Notes under the pieces: model-generated | Told to the model about the DNA's origin: nothing | What the model saw: only the letters and a program-made list of their open reading frames with translations | The model's database searches: none | NCBI GenBank assembly: GCA_963663735.2 | Contig: CAXXHN010000002.1 | Span: forward strand, 205,073-269,072 | Direction: 5' to 3' | Length of the DNA stretch: 64,000 bases | Source: Acidobacteriota bacterium | Lineage (GTDB): Bacteria > Acidobacteriota > UBA6911 > RPQK01 > JAPXNP01 | Shown: positions 52,425 through 62,674 of the stretch, in pieces | How the letters are laid out: every line of letters starts with the position of its first letter | Numbering within the stretch: the first letter of the stretch is position 1 | Made by a program: the position numbers and the translations under genes

Positions 52425-53560
52425 TATTCTGTTGCCTCCCGGCTTACTATCCCTTGTTCTGTTTCATTGCCGCCGGGGGACACTACTCCCAGCAATTCGT
52501 TGATGAATTCAATTATCTTTTGGCAGCTGTCCGGCCTGGCCAGTTCTCTGGCTTTCAGAGCCATGTCCCTTAGTTGGTTTCTTCTCCTGGCCAGGGTATT
52601 CAGCTGTTCTGCCAGTTTTTCTCCGTTAAGTTCTTGTTGCCTAAGACAAATAGAAGCATGTCGGCGGGCAATGGCCATTGCATTTTTTTCCTGGTGATTG
52701 TCCGCAGCCTGGGGAAAGGGAATCAATATTGAGGCTCTTCCAGCTGCAGCTACCTCGGCGACTGTACATGCTCCAGCCCGGGACAGTATAAGGTCACACC
52801 ACCTGAATTTTTCAGGCATATCATTTATATATTCCGTAATCACTGCTCCCGTCCATTTATTGCTTTTGTATCCCTCCCGCACTTCGTACAGGTCCAGGGG
52901 CCCTGTCTGGTGGATAATGGAAAACTGGCCCGGAGTTAGAAAGGGAAGGGCTTCAACAACCAGCCTGTTAATGGGCCGGCTTCCCTGGCTGCCTCCGAAA
53001 ATGAGAAGCCGCAATGGCCTGATTTCATTGTCGCTGTCAACTGGAGCGGGAACCTGGTGGAATTCAGGGCGGACCGGTATTCCGGTGATTCTTTTTATTC
53101 CCCTGAGAAAGATTCCGCAATCATCCCACGCCAAAGCGGTACCCTGGGCAAGGCGGGAAAGAAGCCTGTTTGTAAATCCGGGATAGGCATTAGGTTCAAT
53201 CAGCATCACCGGTATTCGGAGAATCCTGCCAGCCAGGGCGAGGGGACCAGCCGAATAACCACCGACACTTACAATTATTGACGGGGAGAAACCGCGGACT
53301 ATACGGAATGACCTGATAAGAGCCAGAGGAAGTTGGAGCAGGGTCATCGCGGTCCGAACCGGTCCCACATTTTTGAGACCCCCGATCCTGATGGTTTCCA
53401 GGCGGTATCCCAGTGCGGGGATAATCCGGTTTTCTATTCCTTTTTCACTGCCCGCAAAGCACACCTCTGTCGCGCTGTTTTGCCGCAGCAGCTCAGTTGC
53501 GACCGCAATTCCCATATAAACATGCCCACCGGTGCCGCCGCCGGCAAAAAGCACCTTCAT
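52424..53560 (-). CDS. murG: Undecaprenyldiphospho-muramoylpentapeptide beta-N-acetylglucosaminyltransferase
   Basis: GGGTGGH, GGY, FGGSQG, SRAGA.T.AE, HQ..NA. Confidence 0.97.
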   Translation of the reverse strand: MKVLFAGGGTGGHVYMGIAVATELLRQNSATEVCFAGSEKGIENRIIPALGYRLETIRIGGLKNVGPVRTAMTLLQLPLALIRSFRIVRGFSPSIIVSVGGYSAGPLALAGRILRIPVMLIEPNAYPGFTNRLLSRLAQGTALAWDDCGIFLRGIKRITGIPVRPEFHQVPAPVDSDNEIRPLRLLIFGGSQGSRPINRLVVEALPFLTPGQFSIIHQTGPLDLYEVREGYKSNKWTGAVITEYINDMPEKFRWCDLILSRAGACTVAEVAAAGRASILIPFPQAADNHQEKNAMAIARRHASICLRQQELNGEKLAEQLNTLARRRNQLRDMALKARELARPDSCQKIIEFINELLGVVSPGGNETEQGIVSREATE

Positions 53561-54774
53561 CTTGAATTTTCCTCCCAGGGGAGATCAGGCTGGCGGTAGG
53601 TCGGCTTGCTGAATCCGGTTGAATTTATAATGACATCCGGGGAGTTGGAAGATACCTGGAAGTCTTTCGTTTTCTGGCAGTTGTTTCTGCTGACACGGAC
53701 CTCCCTGGGAAAGCTGGAGATATTCAGAAGAATACCGGTTGCCAATAGCATCATAAGGATGGAGGAACCTCCGTAGGATATGAAGGGAAGGGGTAGGCCA
53801 GTAGTTGGGCAGAGGCTCAGGGCGACGCTCATGTTGAGGAAAGCCTGGAGCCCGATTATGGATGCCAGGCCGAGGCCCAGAAAAGTACCGAATACTGAAT
53901 CAGAGTGATATCCGGCTCTCAGGCCCCTGAAAACAAAAATTATAAAGAAGGTCAGGACGATCAGGCATCCGACCAGCCCGGTTTCGTGTCCAATTGCTGA
54001 AAAAATGAAGTCAGTGTGGGCTTCAGGCAGGAACGCCAGTTTCTGGGCGCCTGAGGAAAAACCTTCCCCGGACAGTCCCCCGGAACCGATGGAAGTCAGG
54101 CTCTGGAATATGTGGTATCCGGCCCCTTGAGGATCAGCATCAGGGTCAAGGAAGGCCTTGATTCTCCTGGCCCTGTAGCCTTCACTTAAGGCCAGAAAAA
54201 AAATAGCTGAAGAGCCTGCTGCTATAGTGCCCAGAATCACCGGCATTCTGAGCCCGCCCAGGAAAACCATAACCAGGACAATCATCGCCATCAGGACTGC
54301 AGTGCTCAGGTCATTGCCAAGCAGGACCAGAATCGTCATTGCCGAAGCAAAGAAAAGGTAAACATAAACCAGGTACTTGCCTGTCTTTACCCTCTGTCCT
54401 GGCTTGTGGTAACTGGCCAGGAAATGAGCTGTCAGGATTATCAGTACTATTTTGGCAAATTCTGATGGCTGGAAAGTGTAACCCTTGATGTTAATCCACC
54501 TTCGCGCCCCGTTAACCGGGTCTGACAGGAGCAGAGGAAGCAGCAGCAGAACCACGCACAGGGAGGCCAGTAAAAAGACAACCACATCACGGTTGAATAT
54601 GCGGTAATTGATCTTCATCGTTATACATAACAAGGTTATGCCCAGGATGGCGGCAACCAGCTGCTTTACCAGGTAATCAATCGACGAAGCGTTGTAAACC
54701 ACTACCAGGCCCATACCCAGGAGTACGGTGAGGCTAAGGATAATCCAGTGATCAAAAGGGATTCGTTTGTTCAT
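53557..54774 (-). CDS. ftsW: Peptidoglycan polymerase FtsW (SEDS)
   Basis: NGARRW, FQPSEFAK, LPEAHTDFIF, G.PLPFISYGGSS. Confidence 0.96.
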   Translation of the reverse strand: MNKRIPFDHWIILSLTVLLGMGLVVVYNASSIDYLVKQLVAAILGITLLCITMKINYRIFNRDVVVFLLASLCVVLLLLPLLLSDPVNGARRWINIKGYTFQPSEFAKIVLIILTAHFLASYHKPGQRVKTGKYLVYVYLFFASAMTILVLLGNDLSTAVLMAMIVLVMVFLGGLRMPVILGTIAAGSSAIFFLALSEGYRARRIKAFLDPDADPQGAGYHIFQSLTSIGSGGLSGEGFSSGAQKLAFLPEAHTDFIFSAIGHETGLVGCLIVLTFFIIFVFRGLRAGYHSDSVFGTFLGLGLASIIGLQAFLNMSVALSLCPTTGLPLPFISYGGSSILMMLLATGILLNISSFPREVRVSRNNCQKTKDFQVSSNSPDVIINSTGFSKPTYRQPDLPWEENSR

Positions 54775-56180
54775 GCTGAAGCTTCCTCCGAAATTTTCTG
54801 CTGCCCGGGAGATTGCAGGGATAAAACCAGGGCTTTGAATATTTTCCCCCTGTGTTCAAAATTTTTAAACATGTCAAAGCTGGCACAGCCAGGAGACAGG
54901 AGAACCGTGTCACCGGATTCGGATAATCCGGCAGCGGCAGTCACAGCCTGCTCCAGACTGTTCACAGGGAGGATTGGGGCATAACCTTCCAGCTGGTTCC
55001 TGATTTTACCGGCTGTCACTCCCAGCAGGATCAGCCGCTTGACCCTTTCCTTGATTAATGGTCGCAGCCTTGCATAATCATCGCCTTTGTCAGATCCGCC
55101 CATTATGAGAATGATATTTCCAGGAATGGACTGAAGCGCCCTGGCTGTTGAATGAACTGTGGTCGACTTTGAGTCGTTGAAATAGTCCACCCCATCCAGC
55201 TTTTTTACGAATTCCAGCCGATGTTCAACTCCCTTGAAATCCTTTACCGCTTCAGTCATTTTCCCGGTGTCGGCTCCTGCCAGGAATGAAGCAGCCAGGG
55301 CGGCAGCCGTGTTTTCCAGGCTATGCTCTCCCCTGAGACTGACGTCACTGGTTTTAAGAAGCTTTTTTTCAAAACCTTTCCACCTGACCCAGATAAAGCC
55401 CTGGTTTAGGAAAACCCCCTGTTCCAGGATCCTGGAAATGCTGAAAGGAAACAGCTGTGACCGCAGCTGTCCGGCCTCCTGCATCAGTGACTCATCGTCA
55501 GCATTTATAACGGCAAATTCATTTTCAGACTGGTTGAGGAAAATCCTGAATTTTGTTTTCCTGTAGTCTGCAAAATCAGGGTATCGGTCCAGGTGGTCGG
55601 GGGCGCAGTTAAGGAGCAGGGCAATATTACAGGTGAAGTCCCTGGTTTTTTCCAATTGGAAAGAAGACAGTTCGGTGACAAAGATGGGGCTGCGCCCTTC
55701 CTGTGTCGCCTTCAGAACTGACTCGGACAAAGCCGTTCCTATATTGCCGGTCACCTCGATATCAATTCCTGAAGCAGCCAGGAGAGCTCCGGTCAGCAGG
55801 GTCGTGGTGGTTTTGCCGTTTGTTCCGGTTATGCCCAGGATTTTTCCCTCCATAAGCAGGTAAGCCAGCTCAACTTCACCGATAACCTTAATCCCGGACG
55901 AAACCGCTTCTTCTATCCACTCCTGTTGTGGAGGTATTCCGGGGCTCAAAACTACCAGATCTGAATCAAGATAGTCAGTTTTGGCTGGTTTTCCCAGGCT
56001 GATTTTGACCTGACTGCTTATCCTGGCAAGATTTTCCCGTAAATCTTCCTCTGCCCTGGTGTCAGTAACGGTAACAATGGCCCCATGTGCTTCAGCCAGC
56101 CGTGCTGCCGCCACTCCGCTTCTGGCCAGGCCGGCGACCAGGACTCTTTTTCCGTTAAGTTTACGCTTCATCAGTTGCAA
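54771..56180 (-). CDS. murD: UDP-N-acetylmuramoyl-L-alanine--D-glutamate ligase
   Basis: GLARSG, GTNGKTTTT, ELSSFQL, DHLDRY, EHRLE, NDSKST, LSPGCASFD. Start may be ATG 56171. Confidence 0.97.
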   Translation of the reverse strand: MQLMKRKLNGKRVLVAGLARSGVAAARLAEAHGAIVTVTDTRAEEDLRENLARISSQVKISLGKPAKTDYLDSDLVVLSPGIPPQQEWIEEAVSSGIKVIGEVELAYLLMEGKILGITGTNGKTTTTLLTGALLAASGIDIEVTGNIGTALSESVLKATQEGRSPIFVTELSSFQLEKTRDFTCNIALLLNCAPDHLDRYPDFADYRKTKFRIFLNQSENEFAVINADDESLMQEAGQLRSQLFPFSISRILEQGVFLNQGFIWVRWKGFEKKLLKTSDVSLRGEHSLENTAAALAASFLAGADTGKMTEAVKDFKGVEHRLEFVKKLDGVDYFNDSKSTTVHSTARALQSIPGNIILIMGGSDKGDDYARLRPLIKERVKRLILLGVTAGKIRNQLEGYAPILPVNSLEQAVTAAAGLSESGDTVLLSPGCASFDMFKNFEHRGKIFKALVLSLQSPGQQKISEEASA

Positions 56181-56208
56181 GAGAATAACCTTTATTAACC
56201 TGAATAAA

Positions 56209-57321
56209 TCAACGCAGTTTAAGTGTGGTCAGGCTGAAGAGCGCCGCAATAATTGCGGCAATCCAGAGCCTAATCACTACCTTGGATTCATCCCATCCAG
56301 ACAGTTCAAAATGATGGTGCATGGGAGCCATCTTGAAAATACGCTTTCCCCTCAGCTTGAATGAGCCAACCTGCAGGATTACTGAAAGGGCTTCCATAAC
56401 AAAAATACTGCCAATGAAGAAAAGCATGAATTCCTGCTTGATCAGGATTGCTACTGTTCCGATCGCGCCTCCCAGCGACATTGATCCCACATCACCCATG
56501 AAAACTTCGGCCGGATGGCAGTTATACCAGAGAAAACCCAGGGCGGCCCCGGCCATTGAACCGCAAAAAATTGCCAGTTCACTGGCGTAGACATTTTTGA
56601 TAAGTCCGAGGTATTCGGCAAAGGTCGCATGTCCGGTTACATAGGTCAGGGCCGTCAGGGCAGTGGCTGCTATGACCACGAGTCCTGCTGCCAGGCCGTC
56701 CAGGCCATCCGACAGGTTTACAGCGTTGCTGCTGCTGACAAGGATTATGATCACGAAGATGATTAACGGGATGAATGTAGACACCCCGATGAAGACCAGG
56801 TCCAGATCAGGAGTAAAATTTTTGAAGAAGGGGACACTGAGCCTGGTGCTGAAAAGCCCAACTTTGCTCAGCCAGATGAGTCCCAGGGCAACTCCCAGGG
56901 AGAATACGGCCTGTATGGCAATCTTCTGCCCGGCAGTCAGGCCCAGGGAGCGCTTTTTAGCCACCTTGAAATAATCATCTATGAAGCCGATGGCCCCAAA
57001 AAAGAGGAGAGAGAGAAGGGCAATCCAGATATACCAGTTTGTCAGGTCTGCCCAAAGCAGGGTAGGGATGACAATACTCACCAGTATCAGGATTCCTCCC
57101 ATGGTCGGTGTTCCTGATTTTTTCTGGTGCCCGGAAGGCCCATCTTCCCTGATCTGCTGTCCTATCTGGAATTTTTTGAGCCAGGCGATGAGAGGCGGCC
57201 CCAGCAGAAGGCAGAGCAGCAGTGCTGTTATGGAAGCATAAGCTGTTCGAAATGTAATGTAACGTACTACGTTAAATACCGAAAAGTGCCCATGAAATGA
57301 ATATAAAAGGTAATAAAGCAT
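56209..57321 (-). CDS. mraY: Phospho-N-acetylmuramoyl-pentapeptide transferase
   Basis: KSGTPTMGG, DD, NAVNL.DGLDGL, FMGDVGS, MAP.HHHFE. Confidence 0.98.
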   Translation of the reverse strand: MLYYLLYSFHGHFSVFNVVRYITFRTAYASITALLLCLLLGPPLIAWLKKFQIGQQIREDGPSGHQKKSGTPTMGGILILVSIVIPTLLWADLTNWYIWIALLSLLFFGAIGFIDDYFKVAKKRSLGLTAGQKIAIQAVFSLGVALGLIWLSKVGLFSTRLSVPFFKNFTPDLDLVFIGVSTFIPLIIFVIIILVSSSNAVNLSDGLDGLAAGLVVIAATALTALTYVTGHATFAEYLGLIKNVYASELAIFCGSMAGAALGFLWYNCHPAEVFMGDVGSMSLGGAIGTVAILIKQEFMLFFIGSIFVMEALSVILQVGSFKLRGKRIFKMAPMHHHFELSGWDESKVVIRLWIAAIIAALFSLTTLKLR

Positions 57322-58775
57322 TACTTTTCTTCCCTCAGGCGTGAAATTATTTTTTCCATTTTGACGCCTCTTGAGCCTTTGACAATAACCAGGTCGCCTT
57401 TCCGGATATATTGCCTGACCGGTTCTGATGCTTCTGCGGAACTGGCGAATGAGAAAATATTATCAGTCGGCATACCTTGGCTGGAGGCTCCACGGCTGAT
57501 CATCAGGGCTTCCTCTCCCACGGTAAACAAAGCGTCAGCGCCTGACTCAGCTGCTTTCAGGCCGCAGGATTCATGCAGTTCAGCAGACTGGCTTCCCAAT
57601 TCCAGCATATCTCCAAGGACCAGGACTATCCTGGTGAAACTACCGAGGCCCTTGATGGATTCAAGCAGAGAATTAAGGGCCGCCGGGTTGGAATTGTATG
57701 AATCATCCCAGATGGTAAATCCCCCGGTTTTAAAAATCTGTCCTCTTTTGCCGGGAACCTCCAAGCGGGAGGAAACAGAGGCAAGAACCGCGGCGGTCAA
57801 ACCATGTTCCAGTGTAGCCGCAACGGCAGCGGCAAGATTCAGGGCTCCTGCCTTTCCGGTTGATCTGAGGATGATCGGGACTGTTTTCTTCCAGGCGGCA
57901 ATGGTCAGGTTGAAACTGGTCGAGTTAATATCCCTGATTTCAAGGCCGCTGATTTTCACATCAGCAGAGTCGGAAAATCCGAACGATCTTTTTCGTCCCT
58001 TGAATCCCCCGGCCAGTCTGGACAAGAGCTCATCATCACGGTTGTAAACAAACAGTCCCTGGGGATGCAGGTTTTCCAGGATTTCGGCTTTCGCTTCCGC
58101 AATTTTATTAAGGCTCGCAAAAAACTCCAGGTGGACAGGAGCAATGTTGGTTATAACCGCCGTGTCAGGCAGACAAATCCCTGCCAGGAGCCTGATCTCA
58201 CCGGGGTGGTTCATTCCGAGTTCCACGACTGAAACCCTGTGATTATTTTCCAGGCTCATCAGGCAAAGCGGAAGGCCTATGTGATTGTTGAAGTTGCCGC
58301 TGGTAGAGTGCACAGGCCCTACTTCTTCAAGCAGGCTGGCTGCATAATGCCGGGTAGTGGTTTTTCCCATGCTTCCGGTTATGCCAATGAGATGGCCGCC
58401 CCATTGGCATCGAATCTCCCGGGCCAGGTCCTGCAGCGCCCTGGTTGTGTCAGTGACTTGCAGGAAAGGGATTGTGGCATTTCCATCGAACAGGTTTTTA
58501 TTCCAGATTCTGTCAGTGCGCAGGGTTGTGAATTTGCCGGAAGCCAGAGATGCGATATCAGAAAGAATCACTGCTCCGGGCGCTCCAGTAATGACTTCGG
58601 GCAGAAAACGATGCCCGTTCTGTTTCTCTCCGACAATAGCGAAGAATGCCTGTCCCGGAGTCGTTGTCCTGGAATCAATGGATACAGACGGCATCTGTTT
58701 GTTTGTGTCAGCCCCGGGATTGAGGAGCCTGGCCTTCATACACAGCATTGCCTGCCTGACTGTCATTGGGAGCAT
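57321..58775 (-). CDS. murF: UDP-N-acetylmuramoyl-tripeptide--D-alanyl-D-alanine ligase
   Basis: IDSR, TGS.GKTTT, GNFNNHIGLP, ELGMNHPGEI, DSYN.NP, GDMLELG, KGSRG. Confidence 0.97.
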   Translation of the reverse strand: MLPMTVRQAMLCMKARLLNPGADTNKQMPSVSIDSRTTTPGQAFFAIVGEKQNGHRFLPEVITGAPGAVILSDIASLASGKFTTLRTDRIWNKNLFDGNATIPFLQVTDTTRALQDLAREIRCQWGGHLIGITGSMGKTTTRHYAASLLEEVGPVHSTSGNFNNHIGLPLCLMSLENNHRVSVVELGMNHPGEIRLLAGICLPDTAVITNIAPVHLEFFASLNKIAEAKAEILENLHPQGLFVYNRDDELLSRLAGGFKGRKRSFGFSDSADVKISGLEIRDINSTSFNLTIAAWKKTVPIILRSTGKAGALNLAAAVAATLEHGLTAAVLASVSSRLEVPGKRGQIFKTGGFTIWDDSYNSNPAALNSLLESIKGLGSFTRIVLVLGDMLELGSQSAELHESCGLKAAESGADALFTVGEEALMISRGASSQGMPTDNIFSFASSAEASEPVRQYIRKGDLVIVKGSRGVKMEKIISRLREEK

Positions 58776-60232
58776 AATATCTCCTTTACAATCAGCTCTT
58801 CATTAAAAGGAATTTTCCCTGTTCCCAGTATCTGGTAATCCTCGTGGCCTTTTCCGGCCAGCAAAACCAGATCTCCGGCTTCCGCGATTTCCAAAGCCCT
58901 GGTTATGGCAGATCTCCGGTCAGTTATTACCTCCCATTCCCGGTCGCTGATATAATCAGTGATGCCCCTTGTCATATCTTCTATGATTTTTTCAGGATCT
59001 TCTGTCCTGGGATTGTCAGAAGTAATGATTGCTATGTCGGAGTTGGATACCCCGATCCTGGCCATCTCGGGCCGTTTGGATTTATCCCGGTCGCCTCCAC
59101 ATCCGAATACGCAGATGACCCGGCGGTCACAAACGCTTCGGGCCAGTTTCAATACATTCTTCAGTGCATCCGGGGTGTGGGCATAATCAAGGACAACTGA
59201 CCAGGGCAGGTCCAGGTCAAGCCGCTGGAATCTACCCGGAACGGTTTGCAGGGACTTTATTCCATACAGGGCCTGCTCCGGAGAAATATCCTGAGCCAGG
59301 GCGGCCCCGAAAGCGGCCATGATATTGTAAATGTTGTGTTTGCCGCAGAGTGTGCTCTCAACTGCGTGCCGCCCCCAAGGCGTTTCCAACTGCATTGAAA
59401 TGCCTTTAATACCTGAATCAATGGAAGACGGGAAGATGTCAGCACTGGAAGTCAGACCGTAAGTGAACACACTGACCGGGATTATTCCGGCCAGGCGTTC
59501 GCCGAAGGGATCGTCCCGGTTCACTACCGCGTTTTGCAGCCCCTGGTTATATGAAGGTTCAAAGAGCAGGCTCTTTACCGAAAAGTATTCCTCCATGGTT
59601 TTGTGGAAATCCAGGTGATCAGTTGTAAGGTTGGTGAATACAGCTGTTGGGAAAAGCATGCCGTAAACCCGGTCAAATGCCAGGGCGTGGGAAGATACTT
59701 CCATTACCCCGTGCTGTATGCCCATTTTTATTGCCCGCTCCAGGAGCAGGTGAAGGTCTATTGATTCGGGGGTGGTAAGGCCGGCTTCCTCCCGCAGGGA
59801 GCCGAGTGATGTTTTCACTGTTCCCAGAAGCAGGGAAGGACTCTTCCTGGAAAAAATATTGTCCAGGATATGGGCGACGGTTGTTTTTCCATTGGTGCCG
59901 GTTATTCCGGTGAGCCTGATCCTGCGGGAAGGGTATCCCAACAGGTGGTCAGAACAGGATGCCATCACCTTTCGGATTGATTTTACCTGGATCCATGGTA
60001 TCGGGATTTTGCTTGGCTCCGGCTCTTCGGACACTACAGCTGAAGCGCCTTTTCTGATTGCTTCTGGAATAAATATAGAGCCGTCTGAAACCAGGCCCTT
60101 TATGGCAAAAAAAAGTGCACCTTCTGAGACTTTTCGAGAATCACAGGCCACAGAAGTGATATCAGGGTCCCCTGAAGCAGAATGGATTATCCATTCCTTG
60201 GGCAAAGGTTGCAAAAGCTGTGTCAGGTTCAT
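58763..60232 (-). CDS. murE: UDP-N-acetylmuramoyl-dipeptide--meso-diaminopimelate ligase
   Basis: TGTNGKTT, LTTP, MEVSSH, DHLDFH, DYAHTPD, DNPR (DAP-type), AGKGHE.YQ. Confidence 0.97.
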   Translation of the reverse strand: MNLTQLLQPLPKEWIIHSASGDPDITSVACDSRKVSEGALFFAIKGLVSDGSIFIPEAIRKGASAVVSEEPEPSKIPIPWIQVKSIRKVMASCSDHLLGYPSRRIRLTGITGTNGKTTVAHILDNIFSRKSPSLLLGTVKTSLGSLREEAGLTTPESIDLHLLLERAIKMGIQHGVMEVSSHALAFDRVYGMLFPTAVFTNLTTDHLDFHKTMEEYFSVKSLLFEPSYNQGLQNAVVNRDDPFGERLAGIIPVSVFTYGLTSSADIFPSSIDSGIKGISMQLETPWGRHAVESTLCGKHNIYNIMAAFGAALAQDISPEQALYGIKSLQTVPGRFQRLDLDLPWSVVLDYAHTPDALKNVLKLARSVCDRRVICVFGCGGDRDKSKRPEMARIGVSNSDIAIITSDNPRTEDPEKIIEDMTRGITDYISDREWEVITDRRSAITRALEIAEAGDLVLLAGKGHEDYQILGTGKIPFNEELIVKEILCSQ

Positions 60233-60278
60233 AATCTATTCCAGGGCTTCTTCCAGTAATATTCATTTCGGCTATGGG

Positions 60279-62300
60279 TTAAGACGTAGTGAAAAAAACT
60301 TCACATACCATGTCTTTGTGAAGCCTGGTGCCGGGTTCAGGCCTCTGTGCCACTATCTTTCCACTGCCCTTGAAACTAAGCTTCAGGTCCATGCTGGAGC
60401 AGGTGACTGCTGCCTCCCGCAGGGAGAGGCCAATCAGATTGGGAACAGTCTGGCCTGAGTACGGCTGGAGTGCCGAATCTGTACCTCCTCCGGCCATCGC
60501 GACTGTTTCTTCAACTGGAGCCGATGGCTCTTCAAAAATTTCAGGATCGGTTTCAGCAGCGGCCATCTCCAGGTTCCGGTTCATGCCGGGCAGTATATCT
60601 TTGGGTACATCAAGGAATAACAGGGAGTTTTCCATGATTTCCTTAAAAGCCGGAGCCGCTACAAGTCCTCCGTAAATATGGCCTTTGGGTTCATTGATGA
60701 CCACCAGGGTAATCAGGCGCGGGTTGTCCACAGGGGCAAAACCAATGAATGAAGCGTAGTATTTTCTGTTTGAATAAGAGCCATCGACAAATTTTTGTGC
60801 TGTTCCGGTTTTCCCTCCGGCTGACCATCCATTGAGCTGGGCTTTGGTCCCGGTACCATCAAGGACTACGTTTTCCAGCGCTTTCCGCATTGACCGGCTG
60901 GTTTCCGGCTTAAGGATACTTATCCTCTCGATTTCCGTTTCCTCTTCCAGGTTGCCCTGGGGTGTGAATATTCTTTTGATAATGTGGGGTTTCACCAGGT
61001 AGCCATTATTGATTACCGATGCTACAGCCCTGACCAGCTGCAGGGGAGTCACTGAAAGTTCCTGCCCGATAGAAATGGCACAGGGAGAAAGAAGTGACCA
61101 CTGGGTATCAGGCCTGACCAGGCCCACGGCTTCTCCGGGCAGTTCTATTCCGCTCTTTTCACCGAACCCGAAGGATTTCACATAATTGTAAAGAGTTTTT
61201 TCGCTCAGCCTTTTCCCCATTTTCACACTGCCGATGTTACTGGATTTAATCAGCACTCCGGAAAAGGTTAGAGTTCCGTAATCATGATAAGTAGCCTCCC
61301 TGTATACTTTTCTGCCGCACACAGCCTGGCCGATTGAACAGTCAATTTCTTCATCCAGGGTCGACTTTCCTTCATTAAGAACTGCTGCCAGGGTAAGGAT
61401 TTTAAAAGTGCTTCCCGGCTCATAGGCATCGATAATGGCACGGTTTCGCTGGGCCAGCAGATCAGCTTTTCCAGGCTCGTTTGGATCAAAGGACGGGTAG
61501 GAGGCCATTGCCAGGATTTCTCCGGTGTTAGGGTCCATGACTATGGCGGAACCGTCCAGGGCATTGTTTTCTTCGATGGCTTTCTTAAGCGCCTTTTCAG
61601 CATAATACTGGATGGTGCGGTCAATAGTCAGGACCAGGCTGTGCCCCGCGATATTGTCCGGTTCCGGCTCTCTCCAGACACTTCTCCTTCGGCGGTCGAC
61701 CTTTAACGCCAACTTGGCGCTGTTGCCCTTCAGCATAGAATCAAATCTGTATTCCACTCCTCCCTGTCCGTTTTCATCAATGTCTACCAGGCCCAGTAAC
61801 TGGCAGGCCAGGTTTCCGAAGGGATAGATCCTGGATTTTTCGGGAACGGAGATTATCCCGGGAATTTTGGATTCCCTGATGAGCCCGGATTCGGCTGGGG
61901 ACAGGTCTCTCTTAATGAAGACAAAAGGTTTTTCAATGGACAGCCGCTCCATGACAACAGATTCGGGAAGATCGGTGATGGCGGAGATTTTTTCAGAAAC
62001 CTCAGCAATGTTCTCAACCTTGTCCCGCTGCGCTGCCAGTGACTCGACATCTATGGTTGCGGCAAGAGGCTCCAGATTGCGGTCCAGGATTTCTCCTCTC
62101 CTCGCATGCATCAGAGCATATCCGGTCTGCTGGTAGGATGCCCTAGCGCTGTACTCCTCCCCTTTGAATCCCTGGATATAAATGAGCCTAAGACAGATAC
62201 AGGTACTCCAAAGAAAAAAGAACGCTATCAGCAATAACAGTCTATTCTTGAAGTTGCCCTTTCTGTCAAAGATTCTGTCCAGGTCTATCATTCCATCCAT
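60279..62300 (-). CDS. ftsI: Class B penicillin-binding protein FtsI with C-terminal PASTA-like domain
   Basis: RGEILDRN, RIYP, STFK, SSN, KTGTAQ; tail VPNLIGLSLREA...AQRPEPG. Start may be ATG 62291 (ATGA overlap with ftsL). Confidence 0.95.
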   Translation of the reverse strand: MDGMIDLDRIFDRKGNFKNRLLLLIAFFFLWSTCICLRLIYIQGFKGEEYSARASYQQTGYALMHARRGEILDRNLEPLAATIDVESLAAQRDKVENIAEVSEKISAITDLPESVVMERLSIEKPFVFIKRDLSPAESGLIRESKIPGIISVPEKSRIYPFGNLACQLLGLVDIDENGQGGVEYRFDSMLKGNSAKLALKVDRRRRSVWREPEPDNIAGHSLVLTIDRTIQYYAEKALKKAIEENNALDGSAIVMDPNTGEILAMASYPSFDPNEPGKADLLAQRNRAIIDAYEPGSTFKILTLAAVLNEGKSTLDEEIDCSIGQAVCGRKVYREATYHDYGTLTFSGVLIKSSNIGSVKMGKRLSEKTLYNYVKSFGFGEKSGIELPGEAVGLVRPDTQWSLLSPCAISIGQELSVTPLQLVRAVASVINNGYLVKPHIIKRIFTPQGNLEEETEIERISILKPETSRSMRKALENVVLDGTGTKAQLNGWSAGGKTGTAQKFVDGSYSNRKYYASFIGFAPVDNPRLITLVVINEPKGHIYGGLVAAPAFKEIMENSLLFLDVPKDILPGMNRNLEMAAAETDPEIFEEPSAPVEETVAMAGGGTDSALQPYSGQTVPNLIGLSLREAAVTCSSMDLKLSFKGSGKIVAQRPEPGTRLHKDMVCEVFFTTS

Positions 62301-62674
62301 TCTCCGTTGCTCTTAATGAGATCAGCGTACAGGTTGGACGATCTATATGCGGTGGAATCATCGATCACCAGAATGCCTTCAGTATTTGCACTGGTAAAAC
62401 CCATCGCTAAAGCGGTGGCCTCAATTTCCTGGGGAGACAGTAGCTGGCTGTATTCCACCTGGAGGTTGGTTGTATTCTCTCTCAGTTCAGAAATCTCTTT
62501 TTGAATCTCGCAGATTTCCTTTTCCATGTCGAATATCAGGTTATTTATATAAGAATAGAAGAGGAAGGGAAGAATCAGCAGCGACACCAGCACGATAAGC
62601 CTGAAAAGCTGATGGGCAGTAAGTTTTTGTTTGGGACTGTTCAGAAAATCCTGGGTATGAAGATCCATCATCAT
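62288..62674 (-). CDS. ftsL: Cell division protein FtsL-like
   Basis: One TM, coiled coil, L.SPQEIE..A..MG; between rsmH and ftsI. Confidence 0.82.
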   Translation of the reverse strand: MMMDLHTQDFLNSPKQKLTAHQLFRLIVLVSLLILPFLFYSYINNLIFDMEKEICEIQKEISELRENTTNLQVEYSQLLSPQEIEATALAMGFTSANTEGILVIDDSTAYRSSNLYADLIKSNGEWME